Position numbers and translations under genes: made by a program | Part shown: positions 19,546 to 29,169 of the stretch, piece after piece | How the letters are laid out: each line of letters opens with the position of its first letter | Position numbering within the stretch: the first letter of the stretch is position 1 | Notes under the pieces: generated by a model | Database searches by the model: none | Told to the model about the DNA's origin: nothing | What the model saw: only the letters and a program-made list of their open reading frames with translations | Origin: a virus | Taxonomy: Duplodnaviria; Caudoviricetes | Virus record (IMG/VR): IMGVR_UViG_3300049456_000054 | Location: 2,053 to 66,052 of that record | Length of the DNA stretch: 64,000 bases | Direction: 5' to 3' (one strand)

Positions 19546-20447
19546 TAGAGGTAAACCTCGCTCATGAACGGGATGCCGCCCTGGCTCCCGTCGAGGAGTT
19601 CAGCGGCCTGCGGGGGGATCGCGTACCCGAATCCCGGCACCGTCACCAGGTCTTCGCCGCCGATCGACGGTCGGGAGCTCGGCCCGTGCTGGGTTTCCCA
19701 CAGGTGCTGCAGGATGATCCGGGCGGCCGAGTTGAACGCGGCGGGGACGGTCACTCCCCAGCCTGCGACGTAGGTGACGGTCACGGCGGGCAGCCACTGG
19801 AAGAAGGGGCCGTAGAAGGGGTAGCCGAGGGGGCGGCGGATCAGCCCCGCGTTCTTGTCCAGGTCGAGGCCGCCGCTGATGTCGATCGCGCCGCCTGCTA
19901 CCGACGTGATGCTGGTGACGGAGACGAGGGGCCGCTGCCGGACGGGGATGACGGTCTGCCCGGCCATCATCTCGGTGCGTTCGGCGGTGATCGTCTTGTT
20001 GACGAGGGGCCCGCCGGTGTACCCCTCGAGGCAGGATTCGATGGTGGCGACATAGGCGGCGATCTCGCTGTCGTACGTGGTGACCGTCTGCGGGATGTTG
20101 AGTGCGTCCTTGCCGTCGGCGAGCGGCAGGACGCTGGTCTCGAACGGGTCGAACACGTCGAATTCGAAGAACGACACCCCGGCGCCGGGTCCGGTGGCGG
20201 TCCACGTGCCCTGGTAGTGACCGATGACCGTCAGGTCTGTGACGGGGATGTCCTGGTGGTAGGCACCGGTGGAATCATTGGCAGGACTGGCGTAGGTGCC
20301 TGTGGTCGCTAGCGTGCCGTCGGCCTGCGCGATCTTCACCAGCATGGTCAGCGTGGTCGGGTTGACCAGGGTGGTGGTGCCGTCGACGTTGAGTTGCCGG
20401 ACGGTGGTGGACTGGCGCACCGGCTGGCCGAGCGGGTACCGCGCCAC
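19545..20447 (-). CDS. head-to-tail adaptor
   Basis: RPLVSVTSI, VTVTYVAGW, AARIILQHLWETQ. Confidence 0.75.
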   Translation of the reverse strand: MARYPLGQPVRQSTTVRQLNVDGTTTLVNPTTLTMLVKIAQADGTLATTGTYASPANDSTGAYHQDIPVTDLTVIGHYQGTWTATGPGAGVSFFEFDVFDPFETSVLPLADGKDALNIPQTVTTYDSEIAAYVATIESCLEGYTGGPLVNKTITAERTEMMAGQTVIPVRQRPLVSVTSITSVAGGAIDISGGLDLDKNAGLIRRPLGYPFYGPFFQWLPAVTVTYVAGWGVTVPAAFNSAARIILQHLWETQHGPSSRPSIGGEDLVTVPGFGYAIPPQAAELLDGSQGGIPFMSEVYL

Positions 20448-20474
20448 CTAGCTCACCTCCCGTACGCTGGCAAA

Positions 20475-20768
20475 ATGACCGAAGAGGACAAGATGGCGCT
20501 GGCCGCCGAGATAGCCGGCGAGCTGGAGGATTCCGCGTACGGCATCGCGGCCGGGGACGCTCGCAACCTCACGGCGCGGCTCGTTGCGGACCGCGTAGGC
20601 CAGTGGCTCGGCCGGGAAGGATGGATATCACCTGAAGCCGCCAGCCGGACCCACAACCGCATCGTCGACTGGATGACGAGGACCGGGAGCCTGCCCGAGC
20701 ATCACGTCAACCGGTCAGTCCTGACCTCGCACCTGGCTGAGCTGGCGGACATCATGCACGGCCGGTAG
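20475..20768 (+). CDS. hypothetical protein (leaderless moron)
   Basis: TACGCT 6 nt before ATG. Confidence 0.55.
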   Translation: MTEEDKMALAAEIAGELEDSAYGIAAGDARNLTARLVADRVGQWLGREGWISPEAASRTHNRIVDWMTRTGSLPEHHVNRSVLTSHLAELADIMHGR

Positions 20769-21500
20769 CTCCCACTCGACCGTCCAGGCTTCCTCGAGCT
20801 CGGCATCCGGGAACGCCCACGCCGGCCATGCCTGCCCCCAGGTGATCCACTCGCTGCCGGTGTCCAGCACCGCGTGCGGGGCTGGCAGCGCGAGGCCTAG
20901 GATCAGGCCTGAGGCCGGTAGCACGCCCTCCTGAGACGAGGGAAGTCGGGGTTCGAGTCCCTGCCACGGCGGCGTGGTGCGTGGTGTAACCCCGGTCAGC
21001 AGACCGTCGGCCACGGCCGGGGACCTCTCAAAACCAACCAGCCGCACGCCCGCTAGCCCGTATTCCGCTGCGGCTTCGAGGGTGGCCAGGATCGACGCTC
21101 CCGCGTCCAGGTCCGCCGCGGTCCGCCGGTACAGCGCGAGTACGTCCGCGTCGGTCACCGTCCGCCCGGCGGTCCGCAGTGACGCGGCCAGCGCTTCCGC
21201 TGAGCAGCACGCCACTCCCTCGCCGAGGGCGAGCTGCCGTTTGGGGTGCTGCTTCGCTTTCTTGACGTTCGCCGCCCGGGTCTTGGCCGCTTTCAGCGCG
21301 GCGGCGTGCCGCTGTGCCTTGATCTTCGCGGAGACCTTCGGCTTCGGCGGCACTTTCGCCGGGGGCTTCTTCGCGGGCCCGGCCTTGGCGTGGGCGGCTT
21401 TCCCCCGCCCGGGCGCGTTCCCCGGCTGGGCGGCCTTGGCCTTGGCCGCCGGGGGGACGATGCCCTTGGCCGGCCCGGCCGCGTGGGCGGGTTTCTTCAC
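20715..21500 (-). CDS. hypothetical protein with Lys/Ala-rich N-terminus
   Basis: GTGA coupled; C-terminal part with ACC, PHAV and WITWG. Confidence 0.55.
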   Translation of the reverse strand: MKKPAHAAGPAKGIVPPAAKAKAAQPGNAPGRGKAAHAKAGPAKKPPAKVPPKPKVSAKIKAQRHAAALKAAKTRAANVKKAKQHPKRQLALGEGVACCSAEALAASLRTAGRTVTDADVLALYRRTAADLDAGASILATLEAAAEYGLAGVRLVGFERSPAVADGLLTGVTPRTTPPWQGLEPRLPSSQEGVLPASGLILGLALPAPHAVLDTGSEWITWGQAWPAWAFPDAELEEAWTVEWELPAVHDVRQLSQVRGQD

Positions 21501-23239
21501 CGCGGCCCTCCCGTGCGCTGGTCCCCGGCCGTGAGGGCGCTTCCCGCCGCGGTGGCGGCCGTCAGCGTGCTGCTGGCCCCGGCCGCGGTGAGGACGCTGC
21601 CCGGCGTCCCGGTGGCGGTCAGGGTGCCGACGGTGAACGCTCCCGCCGCCGTGGCGGTCGGTCCGAGGGCCTCGGCGAGGGCCTGGGCGGCTGCCGCCCG
21701 GGCGAGGACCGCGAGCGCGGGTGCCTGCGCGGTACCGGTCCCTGTGGCGAGTCCGGCGCTGGCCAGTCTCGCCGTGAGCCCGCTGGCGCCTTGTGCTGCC
21801 CCGCTGGCGGTGGCGGTGGCCGCCGTGACGATAACGGCTGCTGTCGCCGTCTGGGCCGTGCCGGTCCCGGGTGCGAGCCCGGCCGGGGCGTTCCCGGCGG
21901 ATGAGGTGCTGACCGTGGCCTGCTGCGCAGTGCCTGTCCCGCTGGCCAGGGTGGCCGCGACGATGACCGCAGGGACCGGGGCGGAGGCTGCCCCGACCCC
22001 GGCGGCCGTACCCGGCCGGGCCCCGATCGCGACGGTTGCCTGCTGAGCTGTCCCGGTGCCCTGCGCGAGCCCGGCATTGACGCTCGCGGCCGCGGACGCC
22101 TGCTGTGCGGCCCCGGCCGCGGTGGCCAGCCCGGCGGGGACCGTGGCCGTGGCGAGGGATGCCTGCGCGGACCCGGATGCGCTGGCCAGGCTCGCGGCGG
22201 CGGACTCTGCCGCGGTCGCGGCCTGGGCGGTCCCGGTGCCGGCTGCCAGCCCGGCGAGGGCCGCAATGGAGACGGCCGGTCCTTGCGCGGTGCCGGTCCC
22301 GCCGGCCAGGCCCGCGTTCGCGGTGGTGCCCGTCCCGGTGGTGATCGTGGCCTGCTGCGCGGCGCCGGCACCTGTGGCCAGGGCGCCCGTGACCGTGATC
22401 GCGGCGGTTCCCGGCTGGGCGGCTCCGCTGCCTGCAGCGAGCCCGGCCGCGGCGCCCAGAGCCGTGGCGGGCTGCTGCGCCGCCCCGGCTCCGCTGGCCA
22501 GGCTGGCGCCGACCGTGGCCGCGGGTACCGGCTGGCGGGCGGCGCCTGCGCCCGTGGCCAGCGCGGAGGTGGCGGTGACCGCGGCCAGCGGGGACTGTGC
22601 CGCACCCGTCCCGCTGGCCGCGGCGGCGGTGACCGTCTCTGCGGGTGTGCCCGTCTGGGCTGCCCCGGTTCCGGTAGCGGCTGCCGCGCCTGCGGCCACC
22701 GCGATGACGGGCTGCTGGGCGGATCCTGTCCCGCTGGCCAGGGTGGCCGCCGGGCCCGCGGATACGGCCGGCTGCTGGGAGGTCCCTGGCCCGGAGGCCA
22801 GCGCCGCGTTTGCCGTGACGGATATGACTGCCTGCTGCGCGGCGCCGGCCCCGGTGGCGAGCCCGGCGGCGGCCGTGACGCCCGAGGCCGTTGTGACCGT
22901 GGCGTTCTGCGCGGTCCCGGCGGCGGTGCCCCTGGCCGCGGTCACCACGTCGCCGGCGGTCCCGGCGGGGAACGAGGACAGGGCCAGCAGTCCCGTGAAG
23001 CTGCCGCCGGGCTTGGCGGCGCCGGTCCCGGTGGCGGTCCGGGCGGTGACGGTAATCCCGGCGGTCCCGGCGGGGAACGAGGACAGGGCCAGCAGCCCGG
23101 CGAAGTTACTGCCCGGCTGCGCCGCCCCGGTCCCGGTGGCGAGCCCGGCGGTGACGGTGACGGCGGGCGGCGCGGTGTCCCAGGATGGCTGCTGCGGGTG
23201 GCGGAACCGTCGCAGCCACGTCAGGCCGGGCCGCGCCAC
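21497..23239 (-). CDS. Ala/Gly/Thr-rich repeat virion protein
   Basis: many AxLAxGxGxAQ repeats. Confidence 0.7.
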   Translation of the reverse strand: MARPGLTWLRRFRHPQQPSWDTAPPAVTVTAGLATGTGAAQPGSNFAGLLALSSFPAGTAGITVTARTATGTGAAKPGGSFTGLLALSSFPAGTAGDVVTAARGTAAGTAQNATVTTASGVTAAAGLATGAGAAQQAVISVTANAALASGPGTSQQPAVSAGPAATLASGTGSAQQPVIAVAAGAAAATGTGAAQTGTPAETVTAAAASGTGAAQSPLAAVTATSALATGAGAARQPVPAATVGASLASGAGAAQQPATALGAAAGLAAGSGAAQPGTAAITVTGALATGAGAAQQATITTGTGTTANAGLAGGTGTAQGPAVSIAALAGLAAGTGTAQAATAAESAAASLASASGSAQASLATATVPAGLATAAGAAQQASAAASVNAGLAQGTGTAQQATVAIGARPGTAAGVGAASAPVPAVIVAATLASGTGTAQQATVSTSSAGNAPAGLAPGTGTAQTATAAVIVTAATATASGAAQGASGLTARLASAGLATGTGTAQAPALAVLARAAAAQALAEALGPTATAAGAFTVGTLTATGTPGSVLTAAGASSTLTAATAAGSALTAGDQRTGGPR

Positions 23240-23243
23240 GGGG

Positions 23244-23804
23244 CTAGTTCAGGCCGAACACGTCAAGGTGCTCGACGGTGATCGTCGCGCCGGCGTTGGA
23301 CACCGAGCAGGTGGACCACAGCTCGATGGCGGCCAGCGCCTCGGAGTTCAGGCCGGTCAGCTGCGTCCGGAACATCGCCTCGGTGTTCGCCGTCCCGAAC
23401 ACCGCCGTCGCCACCACCGACTGCCGCCACTTCCCGTTGCACTGCAGGGTGAGCCCGGTGGCGCCGATGGCGTACTGCCCGATCCACGCTTCGAGCTCCC
23501 ACACGCAGGTCGTGGACGCGGTGGGGGCGAGCGCCGGGAACGACGCGATCGAGGAGCCGATGGTCCCGGGGGTGGGGTCCCAGGCGAGCACGTTGGCGAA
23601 TGTCGCGGCGGTGGCCGCGTTGGCGACCGTCCCCCATGCCTTGACCATGAGCCCGTCAGAGTAGGAGAAGAAGCCGGCGGGGATGATCGCCCGCTGTGCC
23701 GTGTTCGGTGCGGAGATGACCCGCTGCGTGGTGAAGGTGTTGTTCGTGACGGCTGCGGCCAGGTTGTACAGCAGTTCCGCCTGGGTGCCGGTGATGAAGC
23801 TCAC
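23244..23804 (-). CDS. putative structural protein
   Basis: beta-rich composition; AAGGG RBS. Confidence 0.6.
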   Translation of the reverse strand: MSFITGTQAELLYNLAAAVTNNTFTTQRVISAPNTAQRAIIPAGFFSYSDGLMVKAWGTVANAATAATFANVLAWDPTPGTIGSSIASFPALAPTASTTCVWELEAWIGQYAIGATGLTLQCNGKWRQSVVATAVFGTANTEAMFRTQLTGLNSEALAAIELWSTCSVSNAGATITVEHLDVFGLN

Positions 23805-23825
23805 GGAGTGCCCTTCCCTGGCTGG

Positions 23826-25784
23826 TCAGAAGACCTGGATGCCGATCAGCGGGCAGTTGTCCACCATCGTGTTCAGTCCCGGGTCGAACGGGAAATCCCA
23901 GCTCACCGGCAGCGGGGCGCTCTTGCCGGTGAGTTTCCACCCGCACTGGGTGGATGCTCCTCCGCCGCCGGACAGCTGCGGCATCAGCAGCGACGGGCCC
24001 TTGACGGTGCGGAACGTGACCCCGGTCCCGGTGGTGACGATGAGCAGCACCAGCCAGTACAGGCCCGGGTCGGGTCCGAGGATGAAGTAGCCGTTTCCCG
24101 CCGAGGTGGGCGAGTTGAACACGGCGGCGCCGGTGGCCAGCGTGATCGGCCCGGTGGACGGGTTGTTGTACAGGTGCTTGGGCAGCCCGTGCATGCCCCG
24201 GTCGTCGTAGACGGCGAACTCGATGGTGGCCGCGGCGCTTCCGCCGAGGGTCTCCACGGACCACCGGCTCCAGACCTCTGTCTGGGTCATGCAGTTGAAC
24301 GGGATGGCGAACAGGTCCCCGGCCACCGGGGTGTACGGGGTGCCGCCGATGGTGACGCCGGGCGATGTGTACCAGCCGGTGGAGATCCGGGGCAGGTAGA
24401 CCGGCACCAGTGCCCGGTTCGGCACGTTCATCTGGCTGGACTCGCCGTAGGCCGAGGACGTGGCGAGCCGCTGCGCCGCGACCCGGAACGCGTCGGCTAT
24501 TCTCGCCGCGCCCAGTTCTGAGGGGTGCAGGCCGTCGCTGCCTAGCGCCACCACGTCCTTGGCGATGGACACGTCCAGGTCCACCAGCTGGACCATCCCG
24601 TCGAACTCGGGTATCAGCGCGGTGATGTAGCCGTTGAACGCCACTACGTCGGCGTCGACCGGCCCGGCCCAGGTCAGCGTGCTGGAGGTGTAGTTGCCGC
24701 TGCCCCCGGCCGTGGTGCACCCGGTCAGTGCGGTACCCGTGGTGCCGGTGAAGGTGATGGTGACGGTGCCGCCCGCGCTGGGGCAGGTGACGAACCCGGC
24801 GGTAGGCAGCCCGAAGGTCGTCCCGGACGCCAGCGTGATCGTTCCCGGGGTGGACGCGACGGCGGTGCCGGTCAGCGAGGAGGCGTAGGTGCCGGCGTAG
24901 GCCAGGTAGCCGAGCGCATTCAACCTCGGCGCGTTGGCCACCAGCACGGGCGGCGGCCACGGCGACTCGATCCAGCACCCGGCGAAGTCGGCCGAGCCGC
25001 CGCCGTCGATGGCGGTGGCGGCGATGGTGATGGTCTGCCCGGCGTTGGCGGCGGTCAGGGTGGTGATGCGGCGGACCACCGGGGACCGCCCGGCGGTGAC
25101 CGCCCCGGCCGGCATGATGTTCGACGTGGACGTGGTGCCGGTGACCCCGGCCGTCCCGCCCCAGGTGAACGTCGCGCCCTTGACCCCGACGGCGGCCAGG
25201 AACAGGAACGTGATCACGCCGCCCTTGTAGTCCGCCGGGATAGTCCAGGAGATGGTGGCGGTGGTGGTGACCGTGGCGCTCTGGTAGCTGTTCCCGGAGC
25301 TGGTTTCCCACTGGAAGTTCTGGGCGGCGAACCCGGTGCCGGGCGTGCCGTAGGTGAAGGTGGCGTCGCCCGCGTCCCATCTGCGCGAGCAGCGGCACCG
25401 GCTGATGGCGGCCCGCAGGGCGTGCTGGTAGGCGGTGTTGCACTGGACGGTGTTGCCGTTGTACCCGACGTCGTTGATGCCCCAGCCGAGGAAGAACGCC
25501 CCGTCGCTGGCGACGTCGGGGTAGCCGGGGTTGTAGGTGTTGCCGCGTTCGTACTGCATCAGCCGCGTCCACCCGGACTGCGCCAGCCCGTTCCACGTCA
25601 GCCGGGACCCGACGGAGGCGTGGTTCTTGGACTGGCTGACCTGCTCCATGGAGAACAGGGACCGCATGATGGAGTCGGCCCGCCCGGCGGGCTGGTGCAC
25701 CCCGAAGGTGCCTTGCCAATAGCTATGGCCGTAGAAGGTCCAGAAGAACGGCAGCGGGTTCAGGGGCGCGGTTGTCAGCGGCAT
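23826..25784 (-). CDS. virion-region protein with SGNH/GDSL hydrolase motifs
   Basis: YGHS, WGIND, DGLHP blocks. Confidence 0.65.
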   Translation of the reverse strand: MPLTTAPLNPLPFFWTFYGHSYWQGTFGVHQPAGRADSIMRSLFSMEQVSQSKNHASVGSRLTWNGLAQSGWTRLMQYERGNTYNPGYPDVASDGAFFLGWGINDVGYNGNTVQCNTAYQHALRAAISRCRCSRRWDAGDATFTYGTPGTGFAAQNFQWETSSGNSYQSATVTTTATISWTIPADYKGGVITFLFLAAVGVKGATFTWGGTAGVTGTTSTSNIMPAGAVTAGRSPVVRRITTLTAANAGQTITIAATAIDGGGSADFAGCWIESPWPPPVLVANAPRLNALGYLAYAGTYASSLTGTAVASTPGTITLASGTTFGLPTAGFVTCPSAGGTVTITFTGTTGTALTGCTTAGGSGNYTSSTLTWAGPVDADVVAFNGYITALIPEFDGMVQLVDLDVSIAKDVVALGSDGLHPSELGAARIADAFRVAAQRLATSSAYGESSQMNVPNRALVPVYLPRISTGWYTSPGVTIGGTPYTPVAGDLFAIPFNCMTQTEVWSRWSVETLGGSAAATIEFAVYDDRGMHGLPKHLYNNPSTGPITLATGAAVFNSPTSAGNGYFILGPDPGLYWLVLLIVTTGTGVTFRTVKGPSLLMPQLSGGGGASTQCGWKLTGKSAPLPVSWDFPFDPGLNTMVDNCPLIGIQVF

Positions 25785-25797
25785 CGGCTCTCCCTCC

Positions 25798-26190
25798 TCA
25801 CGCGCACGTCGCCGCGGCGGCGAACACGGTCCCGCCGGCGCTGGCCCCGGCCATGGACAGGGCCAGCTGGGTGAACTGGACCGGCACCTCCCACCGGTCG
25901 CCGGGGTTGAGCAGCCAGTCGTAGGCGGTGGCGGTGGGGATGGTGGCGTCGAACCGGATCCAGACGATGCCGTTCGCGGCGGATGCCAGGACCAGCCCGA
26001 CCCGGGTGACGTCCGCCGCGATCACGTTGGCCTGCCCGGCGGTGGTCACCGGCCACGGGATGTTGCCGAGCGTCCCCTTGGCGGTGCCGCGGGCTTCCCG
26101 GACGTACTGGTCGTAGTCCCCGCTGACCTTCTGGAAGGCGCGGACAGGAGTGCCGGCGCCTTGAGTCACGTTGATATCGACGTCGGGCAC
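25798..26190 (-). CDS. putative structural protein
   Basis: in the late operon, beta-rich. Confidence 0.55.
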   Translation of the reverse strand: MPDVDINVTQGAGTPVRAFQKVSGDYDQYVREARGTAKGTLGNIPWPVTTAGQANVIAADVTRVGLVLASAANGIVWIRFDATIPTATAYDWLLNPGDRWEVPVQFTQLALSMAGASAGGTVFAAAATCA

Positions 26191-26219
26191 GGTGCGGTCA
26201 CCCCCGTAGGATTTCGGTC

Positions 26220-26468
26220 ATGATGACGGACGGCTGGTACCGGATGACCGGGTCGGATGTGCAGGACTGGACGCCCGTGAGTGACGCGGATGCCGAGGCG
26301 GAGATCGCGGCCGGAGGGGGCAGGGACCTGATGTCGCTCGGGTTCGGCGTGGCCGAGCCGATGGACCCGGACGAGCACCGCAGGTGCCTTGAGGGAATCC
26401 ACCGCCGACTCGCCGAGGATCTGCCGGACGGGTACAGGTTCGTCCCGCTAGAGGTTGAGCGGGACTAA
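26220..26468 (+). CDS. hypothetical protein (leaderless moron)
   Basis: TAGGAT 7 nt before ATG; similar to 43960-44118. Confidence 0.55.
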   Translation: MMTDGWYRMTGSDVQDWTPVSDADAEAEIAAGGGRDLMSLGFGVAEPMDPDEHRRCLEGIHRRLAEDLPDGYRFVPLEVERD

Positions 26469-26489
26469 GTCGCGGGATATCAGGGCAGG

Positions 26490-27002
26490 TCAGACCGTCA
26501 CGTTGAACACGGTGTTGGTGACCGCGCCGACCGTCGCCCAGGTCACGGTGAAGCTGCCGGCGGTGACGCTCTGGGTGCCGCCGAAGTAGTTGTAGCAGAG
26601 GCCCTGCTTGGCGACGGTGCCGGCGGTGATCGTGTTGTCGTAGATGAGGCAGCCGAACGCGGCGGCGACGGTGACCGGGTTGCCGGTCAGCGCGGCGGTG
26701 GAGAAGCAGACGCTGCTCGACCCGGTGTCGATGGCGAACAGCTTGGAGGCGAGCGGCAGCCCGCCGGCGGGCCAGTTGGCGCCGCCGTTGGTCTCGTTGC
26801 CGGTGACCCACTGGCCGGTGTTGTACCCGGTGGAGGCGACGGCGGCGGTCTTGTCGGGGGTGCCGGAGTTGCCGAACAGGGCGCAGTTGATCACGTCGGC
26901 GGACAGGTTCGCGAACGTGGTGGGCGCGGCCGTGGTCCACAGCCGGCCGAGCATCGGGTTGAGCATGGCCTGCTGGAAGATCGCCGACGCGGTGAACGCC
27001 AT
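26490..27002 (-). CDS. putative structural protein
   Basis: YFGGTQSVTAGSFTVTW motif of actinophage virion proteins. Confidence 0.65.
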   Translation of the reverse strand: MAFTASAIFQQAMLNPMLGRLWTTAAPTTFANLSADVINCALFGNSGTPDKTAAVASTGYNTGQWVTGNETNGGANWPAGGLPLASKLFAIDTGSSSVCFSTAALTGNPVTVAAAFGCLIYDNTITAGTVAKQGLCYNYFGGTQSVTAGSFTVTWATVGAVTNTVFNVTV

Positions 27003-27174
27003 GTCAGCCCTCGCCTTCCGTGTCCGGCTCGTTCTCGGGTTGCGGGGCCGTGCCCGTGGCGCTGGCCAGCCCGGCCTGCACCACGACGGCGGGTGCCTCG
27101 TTCTGCCCGGCCTCTTCCGGCCGGCCCGTGTCCTGCTCGCTCATCGGGCCTCTCCTGGTTGCTAGATTTGCGCC

Positions 27175-27540
27175 GTGACCTGGCTGGACCACATGAAGGC
27201 CGATGCGCTGAAGCTGGCCGCGCCGGATTTCGTGCTGCTCGACGGTGACGAGATCCACATCAAGGTGCGGTCAGGCGAAGATGAGGAACTGTCATCGGTG
27301 ACCTTCGAGCCCGGATTCTTCGCCATCGACGTGGAAGTGTGGCGGCCGACAGACCTGACCCTGGGCAGTCCCGGTGTCCTGGTGTTCCGGCAGGTAGACA
27401 CGGGTCAGCACTACATCAAGGCGATGTTCCGGTGCTACCTGGGCAATGAGGCGCAGGAATTCCTGGTGGCCCTGATGCGGCTCGGCAGCCAGGGCGTTAC
27501 CGGCGATCCCCCAGCCGGGCCTGCGCCAGGCCCGCGTTGA
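27175..27540 (+). CDS. hypothetical protein (leaderless moron)
   Basis: TAGATT 6 nt before GTG. Confidence 0.55.
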   Translation: MTWLDHMKADALKLAAPDFVLLDGDEIHIKVRSGEDEELSSVTFEPGFFAIDVEVWRPTDLTLGSPGVLVFRQVDTGQHYIKAMFRCYLGNEAQEFLVALMRLGSQGVTGDPPAGPAPGPR

Positions 27541-27820
27541 CGATCAGGTCTTCGCCGTCGTCGCGGGTGGTGCGGACCGCCATGTACGGCCGCCCGTCGT
27601 CGCCGGTGGCCTGGATCTCGCCGCCCAGGTAGTCGGCCCGCACCTCGGCCTCCACCTTGCAGCGGACCCCGGCGCGGATCAGGGGCGCGGTCAGTCCGTG
27701 CAGCGACCCGCACACGTGGAACTTGACCTGCCCCGGCGGGGGCTCCGGCGCGGACACGGCGATCCCGCAGTTCGGGCAGTACCAGTCCGCGTACGCGACC
27801 TGCAGCAGCACCGGCGGCAT
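27497..27820 (-). CDS. hypothetical Zn-binding protein
   Basis: WYCPNC...FHVC; GGGAG RBS. Confidence 0.6.
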   Translation of the reverse strand: MPPVLLQVAYADWYCPNCGIAVSAPEPPPGQVKFHVCGSLHGLTAPLIRAGVRCKVEAEVRADYLGGEIQATGDDGRPYMAVRTTRDDGEDLIVNAGLAQARLGDRR

Positions 27821-27828
27821 GCGCGCTC

Positions 27829-28275
27829 CCTAGATCAGCATCGTCGTCTTCATGTGGCCGCCCCCGGCTTCGGCGCGCACATCTGAATCCGTTGCATTCA
27901 AGGTATAGTTTCAGCCGTGGAGGCAATATGACCAGGAGACTGAGGACGCCCCCCGTGTCGTTCGGGGAACATGTCCATCGTGAGCGGGAACGGCGCGGAT
28001 GGAGCATGCAGGAGCTGGCCGACAAATGCGACCTGGCGAACGCGTCATCCATCTTGCGGATCGAGCGGGGCCGGGATCCGTACCTATCGCTAGCCCTCAT
28101 GATCGCGGCGGCGCTGGAAGTGCCCCTGTCCGTACTGATCACCGAGGCGGATTGCCCGACGTGCGAGGAGAGGCCGCCCGCCCCGTTCATCTGCCCCGAC
28201 TGCGGCCGGGGTCGCGTGGCCGGAGACGCCCGCAGCCGATCCTCCTAGATCAGCATCGTCGTCTTCATGTGGCCG
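27829..28275. repeat. 32-bp direct repeat flanking an inserted HTH gene
   Basis: CCTAGATCAGCATCGTCGTCTTCATGTGGCCG at 27829-27860 and 28244-28275. Confidence 0.9.
27928..28248 (+). CDS. XRE-family HTH regulator with C-terminal Zn ribbon
   Basis: RERRGWSMQELA...ILRIERG...IAAALEV; CPTC/CPDC; GGAGG RBS. Confidence 0.8.
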   Translation: MTRRLRTPPVSFGEHVHRERERRGWSMQELADKCDLANASSILRIERGRDPYLSLALMIAAALEVPLSVLITEADCPTCEERPPAPFICPDCGRGRVAGDARSRSS

Positions 28276-28889
28276 GCTTTCACGCCGGTGCAGACGTGGA
28301 CGGGGACGCCGGCGGCGGCGCAGCGCAGGCAGAACGTCAGGTCCTCGCCCATCAGCGCCATCGGCCCCACGGCCGTCTCCCGGAACCACGGCGCGGCCTT
28401 GTCCCCGGCGTGCAGCCGGACCCGCTCGAGTGCGCTGCGGTGGATGAGCAGGCACGCCGCCCCCGTCGCCGACACCTGCACCACGGCGTTGTCCGGCCAG
28501 CGGGAGTGCCGGGCGAACGCCAGCTCGCCGCCGGGCTTGCGCGTGAGCTCGTACATCGTCGGGACACGCACCCCGGCTTCCAGCGACCAGCACAGGCCGC
28601 CCAGCACCGGGACGTCTACCGGGTCCGCGGCGGCGATCAGCCGGTCTACCGTGTCCGCCTCGAGCACCATGTCCGTATCGGCCATGAACAGCCACTCCGG
28701 GGACCCCTGCCTGGCCAGGAAGTCGGCGCACAGCTTGTTCCGGGCCGTGGAGATGTTCGGCCCGGATTCCAGCGTGAGGACCGCGTCGACCGGGGTCTTG
28801 CCTTCCAGGCAGATCCCCAGCAGCGACGAGGTGAACTCGTGCCGGTTCCACCCGCCGGTGACGTACCCGATGACGGCGCGGTCAGCCAC
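28245..28889 (-). CDS. glycosyltransferase (GT-A fold)
   Basis: ARN, WLFMADTD (DxD), TGAACLLIHR, GEDLTFC, GHMK. Confidence 0.8.
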   Translation of the reverse strand: MADRAVIGYVTGGWNRHEFTSSLLGICLEGKTPVDAVLTLESGPNISTARNKLCADFLARQGSPEWLFMADTDMVLEADTVDRLIAAADPVDVPVLGGLCWSLEAGVRVPTMYELTRKPGGELAFARHSRWPDNAVVQVSATGAACLLIHRSALERVRLHAGDKAAPWFRETAVGPMALMGEDLTFCLRCAAAGVPVHVCTGVKAGHMKTTMLI

Positions 28890-29160
28890 CGGGCTCGACG
28901 TTGGCGGGCCAGTCCTCGCCGCCGCCCCCGGAGTACCCGGCGGTGATGTCGAACTCCCCGAAGCCCTGCGGTGAGGAGATCAGCGCCTCCGTCTGCTGCT
29001 GCCGCGGCCCCGCCGGGTACAGCACCCCCGCCCCGGCCACGGCGTTGGCCGCGTCGAAGACGCCGGTCAGGTCAGCCTGCGGGGCCTGGATGTCCGTCCC
29101 CGACACGGGCACGCCCGCGTAGTCCGCCGGGCTCGACGGGGAATCGCTCGGGGTGATCAT
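28882..29160 (-). CDS. hypothetical protein (MITP start)
   Basis: GGAGG RBS. Confidence 0.55.
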   Translation of the reverse strand: MITPSDSPSSPADYAGVPVSGTDIQAPQADLTGVFDAANAVAGAGVLYPAGPRQQQTEALISSPQGFGEFDITAGYSGGGGEDWPANVEPGG

Positions 29161-29169
29161 GACGACCTC

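Noticed and set aside
22954-23096. Nucleotide direct repeat in the repeat protein gene
   Set aside because: Explained by the duplicated peptide LLALSSFPAGTA
22056-24521. 821-aa plus-strand ORF
   Set aside because: Antisense shadow of Ala-rich virion genes in high-GC DNA
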